DNA of 50,321 nucleotides, from the sequence record SRR22947727_2348, one strand, 5' to 3'. Both the position numbers and the translations under genes were made by a program. The notes beneath the pieces were generated by a model. That model had not been told where the DNA came from and searched no databases. It saw only the letters and a list, made by a program, of their open reading frames with translations. This document shows, in pieces, positions 28,774-37,875 of this stretch (within the stretch, counting starts at the first letter, position 1; each line of letters begins with the position of its first letter).

Positions 28774-29786
28774 CATTATTAGTAACAGGCGGTTGTGGAT
28801 TTATTGGCTCTGAGATCATTAGACAAGCAGTTAATCAAGGACGCAATGTTTTAAATATTGATGCACTAACTTACGCTGCAAACCAAAATAATTTAGATTC
28901 AATAAAGCACTTAAGTAACTATGAATTTAAACACCTAGACATATGCGATCGAGTTAGCCTTGAAAAAGTTTTCTCGCAATACCAACCTTTATCAGTAATT
29001 CATTGTGCCGCAGAATCTCACGTAGATAGATCGATAAATAGTCCAGATAAATTTATATATACTAATGTAATAGGCACTTTTAATTTACTAGAAACCGCAA
29101 AGAAATATAAATGTAAATTTTTACATATATCAACTGATGAAGTTTATGGAGATTTACAAGAAACAGATCCAGCATTTACAGAAAAAAACTTAATCGCGCC
29201 AAGTTCGCCTTATTCAGCCAGCAAGGCCGCAAGCGATCATCTTGTTAGAGCATGGGGCAAAACATATGGCTTACCATTTTTAATATCTAACTGTTCCAAT
29301 AATTATGGGCCTTACCAATATCCAGAAAAATTAATTCCAGTTGTTATATTGGCTTGCCTGCAAGAACGAAAAATTCCAATTTATGGAGAGGGCAAAAATA
29401 TTCGTGATTGGCTTTATGTTAGTGACCACGTAAAAGCTATTTTAAAAATATTGGATGAAGGTGTGATAGGAGAAACTTATAACATCGGGGGTGGAAATGA
29501 ACTTACAAATATTGAGCTTGTTAATATGATCTGTGAAATTATGGATAAAAATTACCCTAGATCGAACGGTAAATATTCAAATTTAATTAACTTTGTAAAA
29601 GACAGGAATGGTCATGATAGGCGTTACGCAGTTAATGCTACAAAAATTAAAAGTGAGCTCGGGTGGAAACCGTCTGTCTCTATTAAACAAGGTCTTGAAA
29701 TAACTATAGATTGGTATTTTAAAAACAAGAAATGGTGGATGCCTATTCAAATAGATAATAACAAATTTTACAAGAAAAATAGTTAA
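28770..29786 (+). CDS. rmlB: dTDP-glucose 4,6-dehydratase
   Basis: TGGCGFIGS, AAESHVDRSI, STDEVYG, YSASK. Confidence 0.96.
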   Translation: MTLLVTGGCGFIGSEIIRQAVNQGRNVLNIDALTYAANQNNLDSIKHLSNYEFKHLDICDRVSLEKVFSQYQPLSVIHCAAESHVDRSINSPDKFIYTNVIGTFNLLETAKKYKCKFLHISTDEVYGDLQETDPAFTEKNLIAPSSPYSASKAASDHLVRAWGKTYGLPFLISNCSNNYGPYQYPEKLIPVVILACLQERKIPIYGEGKNIRDWLYVSDHVKAILKILDEGVIGETYNIGGGNELTNIELVNMICEIMDKNYPRSNGKYSNLINFVKDRNGHDRRYAVNATKIKSELGWKPSVSIKQGLEITIDWYFKNKKWWMPIQIDNNKFYKKNS

Positions 29787-30640
29787 TGACTGTTCTAATA
29801 TTTGGGAAAAATGGACAATTAGCAAGAGCACTTCAAAGATCACTAAAAGCACAAAGAATTAACTTTCTGTGCTATGGAAATGAGCAATTAAACCTATTAA
29901 ATTATGAAGGACATGCAGATCGCATAATTAATGAAATTAAGCCAAACATTGTGATAAATGCTTCTGCATATACCGATGTTAGAGGAGCAGAAAAAAACCA
30001 AAATTTAGCTCTTATATTAAATGCCAAGGCACCAGAAGTTATGGCTAAAGCCTGCAAACTAAAAAATATTCCATTTATCCATTTCTCAACAGATTATGTA
30101 TTCGATGGATTAAAACGAACTGGATACGAGCCTAAAGATAAATGTAACCCATTAAATAAATATGGTATGAGTAAAAGAGAAGGAGAAAAAGCAGTAATAG
30201 CTACAGGAGGAAGATGCTTAATACTCAGAACAAGCTGGGTATATGATGGCACTGGTAAAAACTTTCTCACTAGTATTTTAAAACAGGCAGAAACAAAAAA
30301 AAGCTTAAATATTGTATCAGAGCAAGCTGGAAGACCAACTTATGCAGGGCATCTGGCAGAGGCATGCTTATCAACATTTAGAAAAATTCCTGAAATACCA
30401 AAAATATATCATATTACAAATGGCGGGAGCAAAACCAATTGGGCAAGTTTTGCTCAAAAAATACTAATGAAATCTGGAGCTCAAAATAAAATTAGACTTG
30501 TGAATGATAAATTTTTTGATTCTATAAACCGTCCTAAAAATTCTATGTTAAACATAAATAGTTTTGAAAAAGATTTTCAGCATATTATGGAACCCTGGCA
30601 GGTTGGTGTCGATTTAGCCTTTCTTGAAGTTAATAAATAA
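29786..30640 (+). CDS. rmlD: dTDP-4-dehydrorhamnose reductase
   Basis: GKNGQLA, STDYVFDG, YGMSK, LRTSWVY. Confidence 0.93.
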   Translation: MTVLIFGKNGQLARALQRSLKAQRINFLCYGNEQLNLLNYEGHADRIINEIKPNIVINASAYTDVRGAEKNQNLALILNAKAPEVMAKACKLKNIPFIHFSTDYVFDGLKRTGYEPKDKCNPLNKYGMSKREGEKAVIATGGRCLILRTSWVYDGTGKNFLTSILKQAETKKSLNIVSEQAGRPTYAGHLAEACLSTFRKIPEIPKIYHITNGGSKTNWASFAQKILMKSGAQNKIRLVNDKFFDSINRPKNSMLNINSFEKDFQHIMEPWQVGVDLAFLEVNK

Positions 30641-30654
30641 GCTAGCCTTCTTAC

Positions 30655-31596
30655 ATGAAAGAACATCCAGTAATAGAAATAAACGGTCTGCAAAAAACCT
30701 ATGCTAAAAGTAAAAAGTCACCTCCTAAAAATGCATTAAAAGGAGTGGATCTATCTATTCCAAAAGGTTCAATTTTTGGTTTACTTGGGCCGAATGGAGC
30801 AGGTAAATCAACTTTGATAAATATTTTAGCCGGATTAGTTAATAAAACAGCTGGAACTGCAGAAATTTGTGGCTATGATATTGAACGCCAAACCCGCCAG
30901 GCTAGAGCTTCTATAGGTATAGTTCCTCAAGAAATAGCTATGGATGTTTATTTTACTCCATTACAAGCTTTAGAACTTCAAGCTGGGTATTATGGTGTCC
31001 CAAAAAAAGAAAGACGAAGTGAAGAAATCTTATCGGCTCTTGGACTTTTAGACAAAAAAAATGCTTATGTTCGGCAATTATCAGGAGGAATGAAACGTAG
31101 GCTATTAATAGCCAAAGCACTTGTACATAATCCCCCCGTTTTAATACTCGATGAACCAACAGCGGGAGTGGATATTGAGTTACGGCGGCAATTATGGGCT
31201 TATGTAAAAGAATTACATAAAAGTGGAACAACAATCATTCTTACAACTCACTATTTAGAAGAAGCAGAAGCCCTTTGTGATAGAATAGCAATTATGCATC
31301 ATGGAGAAATTGTAGCGAATGAAAGTAAGTCTAGTCTGATGTCACGTCTTGATAAGCGAACTTTACTAATAAACCCTAGCAGTCCTATAATAAAAATCCC
31401 ATCAAAACTCAAAGGTTTCGATATATCAATAAATAAAGATGGAGCTATAGCAATAAATTATGAAAGTAGAAAAAATTCAATCTCCTCTATTCTTGACAAA
31501 GTTAAAGATTCTGGAATTTTAATTAATGATTTAAAAACAGAACAGCCGGATCTAGAAGATGTGTTTTTATCTTTAACTTATTCCACTAATAGCTAG
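30655..31596 (+). CDS. ABC transporter ATP-binding protein (YadG/ABC-2 type)
   Basis: GPNGAGKST, LSGGMKRR, ILDEPTAGVD, TTHYLEEAE. Confidence 0.93.
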   Translation: MKEHPVIEINGLQKTYAKSKKSPPKNALKGVDLSIPKGSIFGLLGPNGAGKSTLINILAGLVNKTAGTAEICGYDIERQTRQARASIGIVPQEIAMDVYFTPLQALELQAGYYGVPKKERRSEEILSALGLLDKKNAYVRQLSGGMKRRLLIAKALVHNPPVLILDEPTAGVDIELRRQLWAYVKELHKSGTTIILTTHYLEEAEALCDRIAIMHHGEIVANESKSSLMSRLDKRTLLINPSSPIIKIPSKLKGFDISINKDGAIAINYESRKNSISSILDKVKDSGILINDLKTEQPDLEDVFLSLTYSTNS

Positions 31597-31601
31597 AAAT
31601 T

Positions 31602-33182
31602 TCAAATACCCACCATAAAGCCCCGAAGCATATAAAATAAAGCCGCAGCAAAAACACCTGAAACTGGTACAGTTACAACCCAAGCAATAATTATTTTTAT
31701 CAATAGTGATCTCTGAACCAGTTGCTCAGTATATGCCCTTTTTAATTTTTTTCTTCTTCCACGTTTTCCACCAGCGGTTTTAAGTTCAAATAAAATTCTT
31801 TGTTTTTCACTTACAGATGCCTTATCAAATTCTTTTACAAAAGAGTCAGCTTTTTCAGGGTTTTTACCTTTTTTCTCGATCATATACTCTCGAACAAGCT
31901 CCAATCTTTGTTTGTAACGATATTTTAATGCTTCTCTCAGAAACCCTACTCCAAATATCGCACCTACCGCTATATGTGTCGAACTAACTGGTAGCCCAAA
32001 ATGTGTAGCAATAATAACGGTGATAGCGGCGGCTAAAGATACACAAAAAGCTCTCATCATATCTAATTCAGTTATCTCTGAACCAACTGTTCTTACTAAT
32101 TTAGGACCATACAACGCTAGCCCAACAGCAATACCTAATGCGCCAACACCCATTACCCATAATGGTATTGCTGCTTTAGTTGCAATTTCCGCAGATCTGA
32201 CTGCTTCATTAATTGCAGCCAAAGGACCAATTGCATTGGCCACATCATTAGCTCCATGAGCAAAACTAAGAAAACATGCGCCTACAATTAATGGAATGAC
32301 AAATAATTTATCAATACTTTGGCTATTATTTTCTAACCTTAATGAGGCCTTAGCAATTAATGGCCGTGTAATTATGACAGTTATAACTGCTACTAAAAAA
32401 CCTAAAGATAAAGCTATTGGCATATCTACTTTGATAAGTTTTTTTATTCCTTTTAGGATTATATAGGTAGTAAATGACCAAGCCATAATTCCTAAAAAGA
32501 ATGGAATTCGCGTTTTACCTGCTGAAATCATATCGTCTTTATATATTATAGTCTTTTTTATAATGTACAGAAAGCTAGCTGCAATCAGTCCCCCTAAAGC
32601 AGGGGATATAATCCAACTAGCCACAATTTGCTGAACCTTTACCCAGTCCGCAATTGCCCATCCTCCTGCCGCTATTCCTGCACCTAAAACACCTCCTACT
32701 ATTGAATGTGTTGTTGACACTGGGGCACCAGAGGCTGTTGCAATGTTTAACCAAACAGCAGCTGCTAGTAATGCAGCCAACATAGCCCATACAAAAGTTT
32801 GAGCATCTGGGATCAAGGACGGGTCGATTATACCTTTCTTGATTGTATTCACTACGTCCCCACCGGCAATTAAGGCACCTGAACTTTCAAATATAAATGC
32901 AAGAAATATAGCAGTTGATAATGTTAAAGCACCTGAACCAACTGCAGGTCCTATATTATTAGCAACATCATTGGCACCTATATTAAGTGCCATATAAGCA
33001 CCTACTACAGCTGAAATAATTAAAAATACCCTACCAGAAGAACTGGGAATATTTGCTATACCTGTACTGGTTACAAAAAGATAAACCCCAACCAAAAACC
33101 CCAATGCGAATAAAAATTTTATAATTTCATTTTTTGATATTAAATGAGGCGATATAGGCTTTTCGTTTTTTACGATTCGCAT
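31602..33182 (-). CDS. pit: Inorganic phosphate transporter, PiT family
   Basis: Two GANDVAN and two PVS(T/S)TH signature motifs. Confidence 0.93.
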   Translation of the reverse strand: MRIVKNEKPISPHLISKNEIIKFLFALGFLVGVYLFVTSTGIANIPSSSGRVFLIISAVVGAYMALNIGANDVANNIGPAVGSGALTLSTAIFLAFIFESSGALIAGGDVVNTIKKGIIDPSLIPDAQTFVWAMLAALLAAAVWLNIATASGAPVSTTHSIVGGVLGAGIAAGGWAIADWVKVQQIVASWIISPALGGLIAASFLYIIKKTIIYKDDMISAGKTRIPFFLGIMAWSFTTYIILKGIKKLIKVDMPIALSLGFLVAVITVIITRPLIAKASLRLENNSQSIDKLFVIPLIVGACFLSFAHGANDVANAIGPLAAINEAVRSAEIATKAAIPLWVMGVGALGIAVGLALYGPKLVRTVGSEITELDMMRAFCVSLAAAITVIIATHFGLPVSSTHIAVGAIFGVGFLREALKYRYKQRLELVREYMIEKKGKNPEKADSFVKEFDKASVSEKQRILFELKTAGGKRGRRKKLKRAYTEQLVQRSLLIKIIIAWVVTVPVSGVFAAALFYMLRGFMVGI

Positions 33183-33283
33183 ATTATTTCCCTTAGGGCA
33201 TTATTGATTTTACGACTTATATCTGTCATCAATTGGTTCATATCCTATAACCTGTATCTTCATATATTAAACTCGAGTCAACA

Positions 33284-34708
33284 ATGTTGCACGATAAAAA
33301 CCTGAATAACATCCAATCTACAAAAATGCCAAAAACTTGGTCAAAAGAAATGGTTTTATTATTACGAATAGGCATTCCAATGGCCTTGGCTCAGTTTATT
33401 CAATTTTTTATATTTTTTATAGATACAGTAATGATTGGACGTATAAGTCCTGAAGACTTGGCGGCTGCCGGTCTTGGATTGGTTATATATTTTGGATTTT
33501 GGATGCTATTTTCAGGTCCAGTTATGGCAGTAACTCCACTTATATCTCAAACTCTAGGTAAAAATAAGAAAAATATTCAAAAAACTCGATATTATGTTCG
33601 TATGGCTATTTGGGTTATATTTTTAATGATGCCAATTTTTATTTTCATTACTTCATTTACTGAAAATATATTAATTTTTTTAGGCCAAGACGCAGCAGTA
33701 TCGGCAAAAGCTGGAAGGTATGTTTTTGTTCTCGCATTTGGGCTACCATTTGCATTAGCAATTATGGTTCTCAGAAATTTTCTAGCAGCTCTTGAGAAGA
33801 CCTTAATCCCATTGTTCTTAGTTACATCGATTACAGGTTTAAATGCCCTATTAAATTATATTTTTATATTTGGTAATTTTGGTATGCCGCGCTTAGGTCT
33901 CACTGGTGCTGGTATAGCATCATCATTATCATACTTCTTTGGTTTTTTTATATTTATATACTATATAAGCAAAGACAAACGCGCTCAAGAATTTCAAGTA
34001 TTTCAAAATTTCTTTTCTATGAAATTTATACATTTAATTGAAATACTAAGATTAGGCGGCCCAATTAGTGTGACAACACTTTTTGAAGGTATGCTTTTTA
34101 ATATCGCAATTATTATTATGGGTCTCATTGGAGTTATGGAGGCTGCAGCTTATCAAGTAGCGCTCAATATTGCTTCTTTGGCATTTATGTTGCCATACGG
34201 CATGTCAATGGCGGGAGCCGTACGAATAGGGTTAGCTGCAGGAGCAGGAAATATTGAAGCTGCCAAGAGGGCCGCAAGCACAACAGTTATTGCTTGCATA
34301 TTTGCCATAATGTTAATAGCAATACCGGTTGCAATATTTCCAGAAATGACTACCTCCCTATTTCTTGATCTTGATAAGGAAATTAATAGAAATGTAATAA
34401 ACTTGGTGATTGGCTTCTTGCCTATTGCTACAGGGTTTATGTTCTTTGACTCTGTTCAAGTTGCCGCTAATCAATTGTTAAGAGGCTTAAAAGATGTCGT
34501 TTGGCCTATGCTGTTAACAGGTATTAGTTATTGGTTTTTCGGATTTCCAATTGCTTATATTTTAGCTTTAAAAACTGATGTTGGGCCCAATGGTGTTTGG
34601 TACGGTTTGATGGCAGGTCTGGCATTAGCTTCGGTACTATTAGGTGGAAGACTGTTATCTAAACTAAATAGTAACAATCAATTTTCTACAGGTTCCGTCA
34701 AAAAATGA
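33284..34708 (+). CDS. MATE family efflux transporter (NorM-like)
   Basis: About 12 TM; IDTVMIGR, GMPRLGLTGAGIAS, LRGLKD. Confidence 0.92.
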   Translation: MLHDKNLNNIQSTKMPKTWSKEMVLLLRIGIPMALAQFIQFFIFFIDTVMIGRISPEDLAAAGLGLVIYFGFWMLFSGPVMAVTPLISQTLGKNKKNIQKTRYYVRMAIWVIFLMMPIFIFITSFTENILIFLGQDAAVSAKAGRYVFVLAFGLPFALAIMVLRNFLAALEKTLIPLFLVTSITGLNALLNYIFIFGNFGMPRLGLTGAGIASSLSYFFGFFIFIYYISKDKRAQEFQVFQNFFSMKFIHLIEILRLGGPISVTTLFEGMLFNIAIIIMGLIGVMEAAAYQVALNIASLAFMLPYGMSMAGAVRIGLAAGAGNIEAAKRAASTTVIACIFAIMLIAIPVAIFPEMTTSLFLDLDKEINRNVINLVIGFLPIATGFMFFDSVQVAANQLLRGLKDVVWPMLLTGISYWFFGFPIAYILALKTDVGPNGVWYGLMAGLALASVLLGGRLLSKLNSNNQFSTGSVKK

Positions 34709-35004
34709 TTTCTTTTTTTATCAATTATTTCAATAATCCATAGATCTGGGTCTTGGCGAACTTTTTTTGCTAATTCTTCATCGATAATACACTCTTTTAA
34801 TGGACCTTTAGAAAGCCAAGCAATATCACCTTGGGTATTCCTAATCTGATTGTAAATAGTTGCATGACCCTCAAGGTCACAAACCTTAATTAAACATACT
34901 CCCGCATCGGCATCACCTTTCTTCAAAACAGCAGAAAAAGAACCAGCTATTTCAACACGCTTCATGAGCGCAGAAACCCAGATTTTAGTTTTTAATTTTG
35001 TCAT
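34678..35004 (-). CDS. DUF1491 family protein
   Basis: LKTKIWVSA, KKGDADAG, DPDLWIIEI pattern. Confidence 0.8.
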   Translation of the reverse strand: MTKLKTKIWVSALMKRVEIAGSFSAVLKKGDADAGVCLIKVCDLEGHATIYNQIRNTQGDIAWLSKGPLKECIIDEELAKKVRQDPDLWIIEIIDKKRNHFLTEPVEN

Positions 35005-35062
35005 TCAAAAAATCCATGAACTCATTTAGTAAATAAGAGGTTTTGGTATCATTATTCACGTT

Positions 35063-35719
35063 CTAGAGTTGCATATTAAACGGCAAAGTAATGACGGCTT
35101 TAGTGCCTATATCTTTTTTAGATCTCATCTCTAACTTACCAAATTGTTGTTCCAATAAAGACTTAACAATAAATAAGCCTAAACCTTTACCTGCATTAAA
35201 GTTATAATCTCCTTCGAGACCTTTACCAAAATCTTGTACCGAAATTATTAGACTATCATTGTCAATTTTTCCTGATATTTTTATACTTCCTCTACAACTA
35301 GAAAATTTAATAGCATTTGATATGAGATTAAACATTATTTGATTTAGGCTAGTTTTATCAAGAAAAACTGGAAGTAATACTTCTTCAATATTCGTGGAAA
35401 TAATTACATTCTTTTTTGTAGCAAGAGGCTTTAAAATTTTTACTATTCCTAGTATTACTTCAGAGGCATCAAATTTTTTAGGGCTATATTTGGTTTTGAC
35501 TGCAGCAATATTTATTGGGTTTAAAACTTCACTAACTAACTCTAGCATGAATAATGCACTTTCATGAACAGAGTGAGCATATTCTATATATTTCTCTGGT
35601 AAAGGGCCGTGTATCTCAGATTTAATCATATCTGAAAATCCGATAATGGAATTTAAGGGTGTACGGAATTCATGCGAAACTTCAGTTACTAAATTAGCTA
35701 TTTTCTTTTCATTCCTCAT
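35063..35719 (-). CDS. Sensor-less histidine kinase, DivJ/PleC-like
   Basis: SHEFRTPLNSIIGFSDMIKSEIHGPL H-box, NLISNAIKF, DFGKG, GKGLGL; 218 aa only. Confidence 0.8.
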   Translation of the reverse strand: MRNEKKIANLVTEVSHEFRTPLNSIIGFSDMIKSEIHGPLPEKYIEYAHSVHESALFMLELVSEVLNPINIAAVKTKYSPKKFDASEVILGIVKILKPLATKKNVIISTNIEEVLLPVFLDKTSLNQIMFNLISNAIKFSSCRGSIKISGKIDNDSLIISVQDFGKGLEGDYNFNAGKGLGLFIVKSLLEQQFGKLEMRSKKDIGTKAVITLPFNMQL

Positions 35720-35749
35720 TATTGAAATTCCTGCTTATTAGATATCTCC

Positions 35750-35779
35750 AAATAAAAATGGCCCCGCTGATGCGGAGCC
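35750..35779 (-). terminator. Rho-independent terminator after the M13 peptidase
   Basis: GGCTCCGC-ATCA-GCGGGGCC hairpin followed by ATTTTTATTT on the minus strand. Confidence 0.8.
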
Positions 35780-35783
35780 GGTA

Positions 35784-37835
35784 TTACCAAATTTTTACGC
35801 GCTCATCAGGAGCTAAATAAAGGGCATCACCAGGCTGAACATTAAAGGCTTCATACCATTTATCAAAATTTCTAACAATACCATTTGCTCTGTATTCACC
35901 CGGACTATGTGGATCTGATTTTAAACGATTCCTAAGTGCCTCATCCCTGAATTTTCTTTGCCATATCTGGCCATAAGACAAGAAAAATCTTTGGTCACCG
36001 GTCATACCATCAATAACTGGTGCCTCCTCACCATTTAATGACTTTTTATATGCAGCATACCCCATAGTAAGCCCCGTAAGATCACCTATATTTTCGCCCA
36101 ATGTAAATTTACCGTTTATAAATTCTCCTGGTAATGGCTCAAATGCGTTGTACTGTTCGACTAAAGCCATAGATCTAGCTTCAAAGGCTTCACCATCCTT
36201 TTGGGTCCACCAATCTCTTTGCTCACCGTCTCCATCTGTTTTTCTGCCTTGGTCATCAAAACCATGGCCCATTTCATGACCAATTACAGCACCAATTCCG
36301 CCATAATTAACAGCAGGATCTGCCGCAACATCGAAAAAAGGCGCCTGTAATATACCTGCAGGAAATACTATTTCATTTAAGTCAGGGCGATAATAGGCAT
36401 TAACAGTTTGAGGATTCATCCCCCATTCGTCTCTATCTATTGGGCCTCCTAATTTTTTAATCTCATTATTCCATAACCATGCATAAGCTGATTTTACTGT
36501 CCCGATTAAATCAGAACGATTAACTGACAAATCAGTGTAATCTGTCCACTTATCAGGGTAACCAATTTTTGGATTAAATTTAGCTAGTTTATCTTGAGCC
36601 TCTACTTTGGTTTTATCATCCATCCACTCTAGATTATCAATTCCATCTTTAAATGCAGCTCTTAGGTTTTCTATAAGCTTATCCATTTCATCTTTGGATT
36701 TCTGAGGAAAATATTTTTCGACATAAACTTTACCGACCATTTCACCCATGAATGAGTCGATTTGACTAACACCACGTTTCCATCTCTCACGCTGCACTTC
36801 AGTTCCCCTGAGAACTTTACCGTAAAACTCAAAATTCGCATCGTCTAATGATTTAGGTAAATAAGAAGATTTCCCTCCCAAATAATTAATCAATAAATAA
36901 TCTTGAAGAACATTTAAGTTTGTTTCTTGAAATACTTGTGCAGTTCCCTCTATGGCATCCGTTTCTCTGACAACAAAACTTACTTGCCCTTGTAATCCGG
37001 CCTGATCTAACATGGCATCCCACGGCAAACCAGGAGCTGAAGTTTTCAATTCATCTAAGCTTCGTTTGTTATATGTTTTACTACGATCCCTTCTTTCAGT
37101 TGGCGTCCAATGGTAATTGGCAATTTTTGTCTCAAACTCCATTAGCGCCTCAATACGGTCTGCAATATTTTCTTTAGAAACCATCTTAAGCAATGAAGTA
37201 AGATACGTTTTATAAGCTTCACGTATCTCCAGTGACTTTTCGTCTTCATCTAGATAGTAATCGCGGTTTGGCATCCCTAAGCCTGACTGAGTTAAGTAAA
37301 CAATGTAATTAGTTACATCTTTAAGGTCCACGCCAATAAAAGGTGAAACCACTGAACTCAAACCTAATGATGGGTCCGACATAAGTCGCGCTATACCTTC
37401 ATGATCAGAGGTGGATTTTATGGTTTCTAAGTCAGCTAAAATAGGAGAAAGTCCAGCTTTTTCAATTGTATCAACATCCATAAACGCAGCAAAGAAATCT
37501 CCTATTTTTTGTTCATCAGAACCCACAACTGCATTTACTGATGAAGCTTCCTCAATTATTTTGCGGACACGCTCTTCGGAACGGTCACTTAATATTGAAA
37601 ACCCACCATAAGTAGATTTATCAGCAGGGATTTCTGTATTTGCAAGCCATGTACCATTTACATATTGAAAAAAGTTATCACCTGGCTTTATTGAAAGGTC
37701 CATATTTTCAGTAGCAATGCCATATGAGCCTAATACCGGGGTATTATTATCACTCTCAGCGTCTATATTATTACAAGCAGCTAAACTTATGCTTAAAGCA
37801 AATAAACTTGGAGCTATTAAACGTGATATTTTCAT
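35784..37835 (-). CDS. M13 (neprilysin/PepO-like) zinc metallopeptidase, lipoprotein
   Basis: LAAC lipobox, VNAYY, GHEMGHGFDDQG, GENIGD, DPHSP. Confidence 0.95.
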   Translation of the reverse strand: MKISRLIAPSLFALSISLAACNNIDAESDNNTPVLGSYGIATENMDLSIKPGDNFFQYVNGTWLANTEIPADKSTYGGFSILSDRSEERVRKIIEEASSVNAVVGSDEQKIGDFFAAFMDVDTIEKAGLSPILADLETIKSTSDHEGIARLMSDPSLGLSSVVSPFIGVDLKDVTNYIVYLTQSGLGMPNRDYYLDEDEKSLEIREAYKTYLTSLLKMVSKENIADRIEALMEFETKIANYHWTPTERRDRSKTYNKRSLDELKTSAPGLPWDAMLDQAGLQGQVSFVVRETDAIEGTAQVFQETNLNVLQDYLLINYLGGKSSYLPKSLDDANFEFYGKVLRGTEVQRERWKRGVSQIDSFMGEMVGKVYVEKYFPQKSKDEMDKLIENLRAAFKDGIDNLEWMDDKTKVEAQDKLAKFNPKIGYPDKWTDYTDLSVNRSDLIGTVKSAYAWLWNNEIKKLGGPIDRDEWGMNPQTVNAYYRPDLNEIVFPAGILQAPFFDVAADPAVNYGGIGAVIGHEMGHGFDDQGRKTDGDGEQRDWWTQKDGEAFEARSMALVEQYNAFEPLPGEFINGKFTLGENIGDLTGLTMGYAAYKKSLNGEEAPVIDGMTGDQRFFLSYGQIWQRKFRDEALRNRLKSDPHSPGEYRANGIVRNFDKWYEAFNVQPGDALYLAPDERVKIW

Positions 37836-37875
37836 TTCAATTCCCTTTTTTAAATTTTTTTATTATTGAACAAGC

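Noticed and set aside
34678-34708. 31-nt convergent overlap of MATE and DUF1491
   Set aside because: Ordinary for a compact genome
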